Translations under genes and position numbers: made by a program
In this document: one piece after another, positions 36,747 through 50,299 of the stretch
Layout of the letters: every line of letters starts with the position of its first letter
Numbering within the stretch: the first letter of the stretch is position 1
Assembly: GCA_028534125.1 (NCBI GenBank)
Contig: CM052816.1
Location: 23,438,001-23,502,000 of the forward strand
DNA: 64,000 nt
Reading direction: 5' to 3'
Source of the DNA: Lama glama
Taxonomy: Eukaryota
Notes under the pieces: model-generated
What the model was told of the DNA's origin: nothing
The model's input: only the letters and a program-made list of their open reading frames with translations
Databases searched by the model: none

Positions 36747-39700
36747 AATGACTTTAGAGTAAGGGGCATGAAATTTCTGAACCAATATCCAGAATATTAA
36801 AAGATATCCTCAACAGACAGTTCTATTCTCCACTTTACTTTCACGAATTTCCTCCCTGTCTCAATAGATACTTTCATATTCATATGCAGTTTTTTTGCAT
36901 TTGAACACAAACTCAGAGATTGTGAGAGTTGGAATGCATCTCAGTAATCATTTGGTGAATGATGCAACACTCTCATTTTAGAGATTGTAAAAAACGGTTA
37001 TGACCTGGGGAAGAACACATCATCATAGCTGGGGATCCAAGACTGGCCAGGGCACTTGGCTCTTTCAGCTCTATCCTGCCACTTTTCCTAATGATGCCTG
37101 GGAGCCCACTGATCCAAACGTCTGTAGCTGTAATCCTGTCTCCATGGCAGAAAGAAGAGTTTAGTTTTCCAAAACAGAAACAAGAACATCATTCATTAAC
37201 TACCTATAAAGGACAAAAAGTTGCTGACAGACGGTAAGGTTTTAAGTAAAGGTTATCACTTGTTAAATTCTTCCTTTTTTCCTAGCACCTGCAACATCAA
37301 TCAGTGCATAATTTTGAATGGAAGAACTGATTCTTTCTCAAACCACTCAGATTATGCAGAGAGATTGATGTCAACATCTACCCAGGATCTTTTTTCCCTT
37401 CCTAGAAAGCCTCAGGTCTGCTCCCTCTTGGTGCTGCTCCTGGTTTCTTCAGCAGCAGGAACACATTCTTTGGTTTTCAGTAGTTTCTTTGTAATTACCC
37501 TCTGCCGTGTTGCATTATGTATTTCCTTCATAACAGGTTTCACAGTCGGGAATGATTATGGTTCTATGTGTGCTTATTTTCTGGGTGTTTACCCTCTGCC
37601 TTCTTCAGCTGAACTGCTAGTTCTTCGGATGGCAGGAATCCTGTTTGTTTTGTTCATTGGTCAATAAAGTTTGCTAATGAAGGAAATGACATTATACTGG
37701 TAAATATGCATAGCAAGAAGTGAGAAACTAGAATTTTCTGCATTTCATGCAAGTCTGAACATTTGCAGGCATGAATAGACATCCAAATATATGAGACATG
37801 TGTAAGTCAGCCAGCAGTGAAGTAAGGTACATTCTTAACACTAACCTCTACACTTAAATATGGTGTCATCAGTTTATGACTAAGATTATTAGTAGTGTTA
37901 ACTAGCAGGAATTTAATGTCTAATATATAACGCACACCCTTCTTTAATTCTGTAGCGCAAAGAATATAACTTCGGAGTTCCACAAGCCTGTGCTCAAGTT
38001 TGCCTCTGCCATTTCCAATCTATGTGATCTCGGGTGGGTCAATTCACCTCAGCGAAGCTGGATTTTGTCTATACATACAGATATTAGGTAGAAGATTTTC
38101 TCTAAGTTCCTGATACAGTATGAAAATACCCAACTGTTGATGCATGTTTTGCACTCACTGCAGGCAACTAGCTTTAGTAGCATTACAAAATGACTGATGC
38201 TCAGTCCTGAATACAGCGGATATTCGACAGATGTATTTTTTATTATTATTACTGCTCTGTGACAACCCAAAAGATTCACATACTGTGAATCAAGAGTGAT
38301 CATGCCAAGCCGGTCATTCTGTGATCCTTCAAATTAGTCTTACAGAAATTCTTCTGCTCTGTTGGCAAGGACTGCCTGTGGACATAGAGGACCTTGGTTG
38401 TGCTATCATCTTTTGCCAAACTTTGTCCAGCCCAGCAGAGTGGGTTTGGAAGTAATACAGCCTTGATGATAAGAGATTGGCTTAGTTTCAGACCTCCATT
38501 ATCAGCCTTACTGGCTTTCACGTTTTGCCAAATACAGCAGAAGTGAGAGAGGTAGTGAGTTCCCTGTCACAGAACACGTTCAAACACAAGCCACGCGGTA
38601 AAATGGAAGAGGGCAAGGCAGACAGGATTCAGGCTTCACAGCTTGGCTTTAAACTCAAAGCATAGTATGCGGAATGGTTGGGGAGTCACAGGTGCTCTGC
38701 AGGTGTTTCCTAGAGGTGTTTGACTTTCTTTTTTGTAAGTGGTGATGTTGCTGGTGGATCCTCAGATGCTGCATGTGGTAAGGAAAGACTAATCAGTAAC
38801 ATACGTTATGGAGCTCCTGTAAGGCTAAGAATTTTGTTATTTCTGACAAAGTTTATAATGCAGTGTCTTGGCAGATTCTGGGAAGGAGAAGCTTTTGAAG
38901 TACGTTTGGTCCCCTAAGGAGCCTGCTGATCCTTTACTCAGGAGAGTGCTGACAGACTGCTGTCTGTTGCCCTTCAGTGCTATCTCACTAACCCCGATCA
39001 AAGTTTGTTGCTTTGGTTTTTATCTGCCTGATGATGTCAATCAAAGTCGGCTTATCAGGGATGGTAGAGAGAGCCTTGCATTCTGGGACAATTTTCAATT
39101 TCCTGTTCTCTGTCAGCCCGAAGAGCCCACTCACCTTTTATACATTTATTCCTAGACGATAAAGAGAATGCCTAATAGGGTCACAGTTCTTTGTTTCAGA
39201 CTCTTAAGACTATTGGTGTAGTAGGAAAATGAGGAGGGGTCACAATCTACATGATAAATGTCACAAGAGGTAGAGAAAGGTAAGTAGTAACAGTGGGGCA
39301 GAAAGAAAGAAGCCATCTCCATTTGTGTGGGCAAGAGAGAGTTTCACCGAAGCTTCATATAGGAAGTGAAAAATCGGCAGGAGTTCTCAGACGGGGGCTA
39401 AGAACTCAGATGACACTGAGGCCCATGCCCCAAAAGCTTCCTCTAGGACAAGGAGGGGAAAATTTGGGACACACCAAGTGAGTGCTGGAGCCAGCTAGTA
39501 ATACAGGTTATTCCAGAGGTGGGACAGACACCTCGCTGCATGATGGAAGGAGCAGCGTACGTGAGCAGGACTAGGAGAAATTACTGGTGGCTGTCTTTGT
39601 GGATAGTCACTCCACGTGCTCTTCCTTTGTGCCGCGAGCATGCCTTTAAGTACCCCTTTCGCATGTCAGTCAAAGCAGCTCAAGCATTAACATGATGCTC

Positions 39701-41424
39701 CGAAGCTCCCATTTCTGTGAAACAAAAACAAAGACTCTGTATTTGAGATCCACAACGAGCTCCCACCCAAGTGCAGGTTTCAGGAGTCAAGGAAAAACAT
39801 GCCTGTGCCTAACTGCAAGATCTAGAGAAGGAGGTGGGAACGGAGCCAAGGTGAAATGAACACATCACAGATTGTAATCTACAGAAAGCTGCAAAAACCC
39901 AAACAGGGCTTACTAACTTTCCCGCCCAAGAGTCTGCGTACAAACATCCTAACAGCCCCTTTCCGTGTCTTTGCTTCAGCACCCAGACATCTTTAGATCA
40001 CTTGTGGCCATGAGGTATCAAATATCATGAAAAGGAGAGGGGGGACTTTTTGCATTAACAACAGGCTCTTTGTCCACATTAAGTGTGCCAGAGCAATACC
40101 TTACTATGCAGAGAATTACTGTAAACAGGGCGACATTTTGCAAGACAAGTTTTCAGGAAATCTATTGGCCTCTTTACCTATCTCTATGAGACATCATGCA
40201 GCCTTCTTGGAGTAGATGAGAATTCTTGCTGACCATGCATACACAGATGGCCAGACTTTGGGCATTATTTTTCATGCACTTCTAAATTAAAGTAAGCTCT
40301 GATTCTCTAGTTAGATAACCGGAAGCACTGTTTTATTTTCAAATTTTGCTTTCAAATGTACACACACACAGGCCGATTTTATTATTTTAGAATTATGTCT
40401 GAAGTCTACTCATTTCCGTAACAATTTAAAAAGCCCACAATACAAATGATTCACTCGTGTAAGTACCACGTAACGTACTAATGCAAACAGATGGAGCACA
40501 TGAGGAAATGTCTGATACAGTGTAGCTGGCCGTGAACTTCTGAGCTAGTAACTTTAGGATTATTTTCTAAGACTAATACATGTTCACATGAAAAGCACTA
40601 TTTATATGTTATACAAACAAATCAATGTTCATATTTCTATTCTTAAGTCGAATTTTAGTGAAAAGAGAACTACACTCGCTTCTGGTATAATCTAGTCTAG
40701 CAGGACGTGAAAGCTTGAATTAGTAATTTTACTGCCTTGCAATTTATTTTTACAATTTTCTACCATTAAAATGGGGAATAGAATTAGGTCGTTCTAATGG
40801 TCCCTCTGCAGCTTAAAAACTCTATCATTCCTTCACTCCGGAAACAACTTTGAAGTTGCCAACAAAAATCAGTACAATTCCTCAGAACAACTGAATCTTT
40901 CTACAACTTATGCAGCGAAATCATTTTATCCGCCTCAGAGGATCAACATGTCAGCGTGAGAAGATTCGAATCTAATCACCAACTAAATCCCAGTGAATCT
41001 TCCCTTGTCACTCCAAGACATCTCACTTTCTCACATAGGAGCATTCAACGACAAACTAGCTATCCAACACTTTACATGGAAACGATAGGAAATAGGACGT
41101 TTTCAGAGGCAGTGTTTCCACCACAGTCACATTTGAGCTGTTTATAAAGCCAAGTGATTGTAAATTTAAAAGTGCAAAGTTGCTAAGGGTAGCTTGATGT
41201 TCATTTGTTACAAAGACTTTAATTCTACTCTCATTGATGCTGATGCTTTTCGCCATTTTTTGACCACTATCAACATAATTCTTTTAATGAGTTGTGTGGA
41301 ACAAAAAAGTGAGTTCAGAGACTGACAAAAGAAGGCAAAGAACTGGCCACAGAGAGGAGGCGGCCTTCTGTTGGACAGCCTCCAAATCTGAGCCAATCTG
41401 CTTAGGGAGCCTCGAGACTAAGAG

Positions 41425-41630
41425 CAGTGATGGGCTTTGGAATCACACAGATCTGGGTTTGAATCCCAGCTACACCACTTTAATTACCTTCATGCCCTCA
41501 GGAGAATTACTTTATAATTCTAACCTCAATTTCTTCTTATAATCACAATAGTATCATAATACTGTATTAGTGGGAAAATACATCAAAGGAGCTTGATGTG
41601 TAGTTCATGCTCAAATATTTGTCATTAGTA
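41425..41630 (+). mobile_element. MIR SINE followed by (ATC)n at 41639-41657
   Basis: ggctttggaatcacacagatctgggtttgaatcccagctacaccact. Confidence 0.75.
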
Positions 41631-41764
41631 TTCCTGCTATCATCATCATCATCATCAAAGCTAGGATCCAATGAATCTTTCATTAAAAAGACAAATGTAA
41701 ATAAACATCACAAATGCTAATATAATATTTGTATGCATAATCATTATCATAAAAATCATTAATT

Positions 41765-42312
41765 TCATTTTGTATTATTTTATTTTATTGTGGTAGGAAC
41801 ACTTAACGTGAGATGTACCCTCTTAACAAATTTTTTAATGTACATCATTGTTAATGATAGGTACAGTGATGTACAGTGGATCGCTAGAGCTTATTCATCT
41901 TTCTTGGCTGATACTTTGTGCACTTTAATCAATAATTCTTCACTGCCCACTCCCACCTCCAAACCCTGATAACCATCACTCTGCTCTCTGGTTCTGTGAA
42001 TCTGACTATTTTAGATACCTCATACAAGTGAATCATGCAGCGCTTGGCATTCTTTGACTGGCTTATTTCACTTAGCGTAATGTGCTCAAGGTTCATCCAA
42101 GCTGTTGCATGTGGCAGGATTCCCTTGTTTTAGAGGTTGAGTAGTATTCCATTATATGTATATCCCCCAGGTTCTTTATCCATTCAGCTGTCAATGGACA
42201 TCTAGGTTGTTTCCACATTTCGGCTATTTTGCATGGTGCTGCAATGAATATGTGAGTGCAGATGTTTCTTTGAGATCCTGACTTCAATTCTTTTGGATAA
42301 ATGCCCACAAAG
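41765..42312 (-). mobile_element. L1MA-type 3' end
   Basis: ggtaggaacacttaacgtgagatgtaccctcttaacaaat ... tttgagatcctgacttcaattcttttggataaatgccca. The ORF 42093..42419 peptide includes GIYPKELKSGSQR. Confidence 0.85.
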
Positions 42313-44039
42313 GGGTTTTTCAGAACATAGAGTAAAAGTGTAGGCCACACAACAGCCAGAATAAGGCTTATAACCAGCTCAGGATTTTTTAGAATATATA
42401 AACAACATCTGTAGATCAATAAAAATAATTATCAAATAGACAAGTGGTTGAAAAACACCATGACAGGAGAAAAAATGCAAGTTAAGTCTAAACCTATGTA
42501 AAGAAGCTCAATCCATGAATATCCGAGAAGAGAACTTTAAATCTGTAATAAAATTACGTTTTATATTCAGCAACTTAATAATAATTAAAACTGAATTAAA
42601 ATCTGTCAATACTAAATGTGAAAGGGTATGAAACAACTAGAATTTTCATCCTACATCTAGAGGGGGTGTAACTGATACATTCATATGGACTTTTTTTTCT
42701 TGGCAATTTCGATAAAGATGAACAATCAAGTTGGTGGTTACTCACTACAGTGCTCAGGAATACTGCAAGTCAAAAGAAATATTTCTTAATGCAAACAATT
42801 AACACATCTAGTTTAATTTCATTGTTACTTTTAAAAAAGAAGTGATTTATTTTACTCAATTTTATCTTTACTATATATGGCAATAAAAATATTCAAAAGA
42901 AAAACAAAACAAAACAAAAAGATAAAAAAACTTACTAGTGCCATGTTTGCCTGTGGGTGTGAAACAATGCAAAAATATCAGGCTTAACGTCTCCTTTCTG
43001 GGAAAGAGTAAGATAAATAATCACAAAAGTTGGCACATATGCCACACCAGTTATGTCAAGATTTTATTTTATATGCAAACAAAATCGGCTAGTATGAATG
43101 AAGTGACATTAACAGCAGGGTCTGGATGGGAGGAATCACCTTCACCATTTTCTTGAGCAAAGGCAATCTTCTTGGAGGGCTTAGACAATTTTTTCATTAT
43201 ATGCATAAATTTTCTGATCACTAATGCAGTATATGATTATTTTAAAATATTTAATATAGAGCACAACTAATCAATTATAACCCAAAAAATCATCTGTCCA
43301 GAAATTACTGCTATTAATATCTTATTCTACATAGTATATATTTTCAGCTTTTATTTTTACAAATAATCTTATTTTACACAATTGGTATATACACTGTTTA
43401 ATATGCCCTTTAGTATCCTATCAAAACAATGTATCAAAATTAATATACTTGATTATTCAACAGTGGCTATATAAGGCTAATATTTTATTACGAACAACAT
43501 TCTGAAAAACATTTTTATAGATTACCTTATAGGCCTAACTTTGATTATTTCTTTAGGAAAATTTTCCTAATTGGAATTGTTAGGACAAAGAGTTGACCTT
43601 GTTTAATGCTACCGTTAACCTAAGATAGGACTATTCAAAAGTGCCTTTGAATTATTAAAACAACAGTTCTGGGATGGAAAGGGCCTTCTACATCTAGTTT
43701 CTTAGATTACTCATGCTGATATTTATCTTTTTTTTCCCACTGAACGTCATGTAAATTGTTACACGTGTATTTATAAAAGTATAGAATATTTCGTCTGTCC
43801 TGACATTTAAACAATTTACCCGTGCATTTCTTGAGCCTCTGGGAGGTAGGCAGTCACACATCACCAGACACAGAGCTGTGCTGTGTGTCGTGTGTGTAGC
43901 ATGGGCTGTAGTATGCAGAGTAACTTGGTGAGCACCGGGAGAAGGTACAGGATAAAGGCACACAAGAGGAGGAGAAGGACTTTCAAACCCTTCGTAGCAA
44001 GACACAATAGAATAACATTTCTCTACTGAATTTTTGGGC

Positions 44040-45080
44040 AACATGAGATGGAGGGAAAGGTCCTAAAATGACACTTTCCAAGTCTAGGTTTCAGCTAAGA
44101 AAGAAATAGTAGTTCTCTCATGGATGGGAGAGTGGCCTTGATGAGACAGATGATACTCAGAGCCAGAAGAAGAGGTACAATTACCAACAGGAGAAAGGAC
44201 AGAAGCAAGAGAAAGCCTTGCATCTGGCCCCTGGGAGCTCCCGAATTTTACCACGTGGGAAGATAACGGAAAGCAGGGGCTGCAGATAAGGAAGAGGTGC
44301 CGGGTAGGAGGACTCCGGGGAGCTAGGAGAGAGGAACATTTGGAGGAAAACTGACAGTGTAACTATGTCAAATGCTGCTGAGAAACATGAATGAAAAAGT
44401 AAAGGGGTCTGGAAAAGTGAAGGTCACTGATAAGAAGCGTTCTGCAGGAGCCAAACTGGAACGGATGGAGGCTGGAGAGGTCGTGAGGACACAGAGACAG
44501 GACACATTCGTGCATTTTCCATTACGGTTGTTTATGAAAAGGAAACGGGAAAAATGAAACTTTAATGGAAGGGGAAGTGGGTTATTTTGTTTTTGTAAAA
44601 TGTATGTTGTTAGAGTTAATGTTTCTACGAGAATGATGTGTACAGGAGAGAGCAATGAATTAGGAGCCAGAGGGAGAACAAGAAGCAAAGTCCTAAAGAT
44701 GCGGGGGAGGAGGGATCTTGGAGTTAACCTGTCGGTAGGATGAACTCCAACAGCACTGCTGTGTAGAAATAGGGCAGTGTCAGGTTTTCCAGCTCTAGAA
44801 ACTCGCCTGATTCTCCCTGTCTCCCTAAACTCCTTCATGGAAGAATTAGGGAAGCCTTGCTCAATGCACGTCGTTGAGGCAATGTCCACACATTCCAGGG
44901 GTGAGATTGTGCGAGTGTGTGAGGTTCGGCAGAAGTGCCGTGATAAAGATCAAAGGAGAAACAGGACTGTGAATAACGTGCATGCCTTTTTTACTGTTCC
45001 TGGAGAAATCGCAGAAGCATCTAGGATAAACGTGAAGCAATACTAAGCAGACTGCAGGGCTGCGGGCCGGGAGTAAGCAA
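44040..45080 (-). mobile_element. LINE2 long fragment
   Basis: Purine-rich + strand with reversed-L2 hallmarks (gagatggagggaaagg..aaaatgacact.., tgtcaaatgctgctgaga, ggagccaaactgga). Confidence 0.55.
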
Positions 45081-45329
45081 AACAAACGTCCATTACATCA
45101 AGATAATGTAAAGTACTGTGGACACAGAGCAGATGTGAAACCAATTCACTTTGTTTCAGGAAGCATGGCAACTCTACCCATTCAAATAATCAGGCCAAAA
45201 TCTTTCCGAGAACACAATCTATGAGAGTACATTTACTCTCACTGTGTGTAACCCAAACTGGGGCTTTAGTGGCTTCAAAAATCTCAACAAATTCCCCTCT
45301 TACTGATGCCATTGGGGTTTTTTGGGTCT

Positions 45330-45331
<2 letters not shown>

Positions 45332-45366
<35 letters not shown>
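45332..45366. repeat. Poly(T) tract, about 35 nt
   Basis: Read directly. Confidence 0.95.
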
Positions 45367-45368
<2 letters not shown>

Positions 45369-48300
45369 CAGTTAAAAATGGAATGAGATTACATGTGTGG
45401 AAGTGTGTAAACCAATGCCTGGTACATCTCAGGCATTTAAAAACATGCTAATTAAATTTGAACCTTTACCCCAAGGGAAGTAAGCTGAAGAAATAAGGGA
45501 GTATGACACTTGAAGGGTTTTGAGAATTTTTCTGCTTAGGGTTCTAGAGAAAATATTCCATTTGTCTGAATTTGTCTGACTATTAAGGAGACTAAATATT
45601 AAGTAAATATTTTATAGAGTCACAACACTGGGAAGAAGGAATAAAGAAGCAAGATAAGACTTTTCATAGACTTGTATGTGAACTAATTTCTGAGCCCATC
45701 ACACTTCGTGTGTGATTAATGTTCTTGTTTAGGCTAAATGTTAGGCAGTACTCATTGTGCGGGATTCGCAGACTTGGCTTTCTAGGAATAACTCTTCAGC
45801 CTGGCTTAGTTTATAGGAATATGAGTTGAAATGAGAAGCACTAATCCCCATTAACTATCAATATTAATTTGAAAAACCGTTCAGCCAAATTTGCTCTCAT
45901 GCAAGTGAATGAGAGAGCTTTCTTACAAATCCAAAAACATACTGTTAATAAGCAATGTTTGAAAGCAGCCTTGGCTGTCACTAAAATTTTATGCATGAAT
46001 TTTATGTATACTCAAACTCTGTATTATATATGTTTGTATTAAATATTCATTTCCAACTCTTACACAAAAGCACAGCAAGAATCTATGGAAAGATTATAGG
46101 ATTTTAATGAGATACGTGTCTTTTCTGCTTGTAGCTTGTCTTCTGATCTACTTTGTGGAGAATGTATGCTTTCTGTCATTACTTTTGTGTCAGAGAGTAT
46201 TTTGTTCCAAATAATGCACTTTCACTGCTGTGATATTGTTTATATCACTGACTATGAATTAATCTTAAATAACTAACATATGATTAAAATTAGTTATTTT
46301 GATGTATGTTCATGTTGAAGAGGAGTAACAAAAATGCTCATGCCCACGGGCCACAGGTTTACCTGCTAAGTTGGATGCACAGTGAGAAGACTGGGAATTA
46401 TATTCATTAGGAAGAATAGTAGGGGCAAGAAAGGTGAGTAGGAAAGATCTTAGGAAACCAGCTCTCCCATTTTTCCTGACTCAGGAGTCTCACCAGAGTC
46501 AAGTGACAATGGATCCATCATTCAGACTCTGCACTAGTGAAAGACATTATGTGTAGATAAATAAAAGGATGCCTGAAAGACAAAGTGACAAGCCTTGACA
46601 TCACAAAAGTTTTACAGCTACAACAGGTTACAGAAGTCAGCTATGTCCTGAGACACGATGCCACCATTTCTCACATATCTCTTATTAACTCTCATATTAG
46701 GAGTGGTACCAGGAGATAGATGACATAACTGAGAAATCACCATGTAAGTCTATTCCACAATCACAAAGGACATGAATCATTGAGGACATACCACTTGAGT
46801 TCCCTGTCTTGCAGCTGCCAACCTGCTGTGGTGAACCAATGACATCGTCTTTGAAGTTATCACTTCATCAGCATTCAGCTCAGCTGAAGCTTTCCTGGTG
46901 TGCCCTTTGCTCTCGCTTAAGCTCACACTGAGAAGGGAGGCACCTGATTAGAAATGAAACGGCTGAAGGATCTTTAGATGTGACAATTTGAAAAGAATGT
47001 TTGTGGAAGTGGTTATTTTAGAGAGTAGCCTCAAGGGCAAATTCCAACAAAGTCAACTCTAACACTTAAAAGTAGAGGGAAAGATTATTTAAACAAAGTT
47101 AAGTGAGCATGAATCTGGATCTCTGGAAAGAATTTAAGGCATTTTCCTGTAAGTTTAAGGAAGTTTGATTTTTTTAAAAAGTTATTGTAAGGAAATACAG
47201 TGGGAGACATCATATATTCCATCTTTGATCTCTTCTCCTGTGAAGCAGTACAATCTCTAACCATATCACAAATTAAGAAAAATCTCATACCTGAAAGCTC
47301 TGACCAAGCATTTAGTGAACTAAATTATTAAGGGGAAAAAACCCTGTATTTTGTGGCAATTTAGTATTATGAAGACAAATAGCTCAAGAGAAAATCAAAT
47401 GTATTTCTCCAATACTTTTTCCCAGAGATATTAGGCAAAAATGCCTTCGAGTAAACATATAGAAGATATTATTCAAGCCCACACCTAGAGCAGACCCACG
47501 GGTCCTTTCTGTGGAAATTTCTGGTATCAAGAAAAACAGAGGACAGTGATTCTCTCAGGGGTCATCTGAGGTGCAGAGCAGTATTTGTATTTCCTTGTCT
47601 AACCAGAGCTTGTTGTAAGTCACATAGTGTTTAAATTACAGTTTACATTTTACTGTTAATCGTCAAACATTCTCATTATCAGATTTAGCGATCATTTCAC
47701 CTTTGAATCATACAGGAAAAAAAAATTCCACTCACATAATCTCAGTTTGGAATATTCTGGAAAATGTGGACAATTTAAAGGGTCATCAAATTCTGCCCTA
47801 TCTGCTTCTCCAGTCCATCCTCGATCATGTTCTTCGGTGCCCAGGCTCCCCTCACCTTGGCAACATTCACCCTCCTTCCATCACCCACGCAAGCCTAGTC
47901 TCCCTTTCATCAGAAAGGGCACCCCTCTTGCTGCTGACCAGATTTTCTCCAGTTTGCTGGGTAACTTCAGCGCACCTTCTATCATCCCTCCCAAACCTTC
48001 ATTCACTCATCAGTTTTCAGTGACTCCTCTAGGCAGAGCTCATCATTCCTTTCCCTTTAACTCCCTTAAAACTTTGAGCCTTTATTAGAATTTTTATCAC
48101 ATCTGACTCATTCCAATTGGTGAGGTCAACTATCGCGTTGTTTTCTTCTCCTCTAGAGACCATCTTTATTTCAATAGTGAAACATGGGGTCATGTGGTGA
48201 CGATGGGCAATCAGTCACCTGGGACATGAAAAGAAGTCAAGCTCCCCAGATTTTAGGGAAGCATTCTGTGAATAATCTCCATGAAGCCTGTGTCACCAGG

Positions 48301-50299
48301 CTTGAGGGAAAAGGGAAGTGTGAGCACCACTCTCTGCTGAAGCTGGGGAAATTTCATAGCATCCCAACACACCTCCCCTAAGACAGTCTCCCTCTAAATG
48401 TCTTCTTCAAACTTCAAAGAACTTTCATGCGTTCATTCTGGATATCATTATGAAAGTGGGGATTTGTTCACTTCTGAACAATAAGGAGTATAGTACTTGG
48501 TTTTGAAGTGTGAACATAATTGCTAACTATTGTTTTGTTTTTGACCTTTGGGGGCTTCAGCTCAAACTGAGACAGAAGGTTACTTGGAGAGGCAGGGCAC
48601 TCCCAGGCAAGAGTTCTGGAGGAAGCACCCTAAGTTTCTCACATGCCTACAGTGGAGTTTGAGGGCATATAAAAGTGCCTGTGTGTCCCAGATGGGCAGA
48701 AAGCTTGAACTACTGGAACCACGCGGTGTCTCCCTGCCATGGAGATGCACCCGGAAGGAGGTGTGCTAGGCAGTCTTTGGGAGTGGTAAGAAGAAATGCT
48801 TAGATGTCAGTGGACCACTCGTAGTAGTGCAAGGTCGGTACAAACACATATTTGAGGGTCAGTTCAGCGCCATGACCCATCTGTACAGAGACACTGTGTG
48901 GATTAGGAAAAAATTCACAGCAGGTGACAACCTGGAAGTTCATGTTATCCTGCAGTCCAGGCTTGTCCCTTAGGCTGAGCAGTATGACGTGATTTTATGA
49001 TTTCTTTTGAATCTCTTCCTTTAAAATGAGTGTTGATCAACATAATGAGAAAACTATATGAATTTTATCCCTAGAACTTGTTTAATAATTTAGAATAATA
49101 TTTTAAAAACAAAACAGAAGTTGACTTTAAAAGTCTATTAAATACACTTATCAGCAAAGAAGAAAATGCTGAAAATTCAGTCTCATTTCCATGCCATCTG
49201 TGAAGATGAATCATAATGTCGTGTCATAAATTTCTTTGAAGATTTTCAGGCTAGTACCGCAAAAGAGACATCCCCGTAAAGCCACACGTGGCTGGCTGCT
49301 GCGACGAAAGATGCTGAGTAAGGCATCATCAAAAGCATTTCTATTAGGGACCTGTGGCATGTGTTTCTAAGATCAGAATTCTTTTGAAGCTGACTCTTCC
49401 TAGTCAAAAGGCATTCCTGAGTGTGTACTTGAAAAACTGATTCCTCTACCCACTGATATCCTGGGGCATGGGGGCTGGCATGATTTTCATGCCTGAGGAG
49501 TGCTGCCTTCTTCCTTATGTGTAAACATACTGAACCCAAGATCCCTGCTACCAGAAGACCCATAGGTCATTTTCATAAAAGGTGGGCACTTCCAGGCAGT
49601 GTAGAAACCATATTCATACTAAGTCCCATAGAGGCTTTGCCTTAATGGTCTCTAAGGTTTTTCTTTTTTAATAATTGTAATTCTGGCGCCTGGGAGAAAT
49701 TGGGTATAGAGTCTGAGAAAGCTGGGCATTTTAAGTGTTTATCATCTGCTTCTATACATTTTTGGAATAATTCCCAACAGAATTTCAAACAGAAGCGTCT
49801 ATTTTAACAAGTCTCCTCTTCCTATAATATGACCCCTCCCCCTTTTTTAATAACTTTGTTAGTTGCCCTAGGCCATGGCCGAGATTTGCTTGTTTTCAGC
49901 AAATGGCTTTACTTTTGATTGTTTGAAACAGTATGGGGAAGGAAAGGGCGGCAGGGGAAGGGAGAAAACGACTCACCAACTCTTTTAACAGTTTCTATAC
50001 ACAGATTGCCAAGATGCTCCCTGGCTCTCTGTCAGATACAGGGATACAGGTTCCTTATGTCAGTACACCCGCCTTCAACTGACGTGCTTTTTTTCTTAGC
50101 CACTGTAAATATGCAAAGAAATATTTATTATAGGAAATATGTTATAGCCATATATTAAATTGTACATAAGTAAATATAAGAAACATTAACCATCGATACA
50201 TTATTATCATTTTTATACCATCCAACTTTATTTAGATTTATCCCCATTTTTACCATTTTGTTTCTCTTCCTACCATCTGGCATTCTCTGGTCTTCCATC

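Noticed and set aside
44368..44889. 173-aa minus-strand ORF
   Set aside because: Lies in a probable L2 fragment and has no recognisable domain or gene context.
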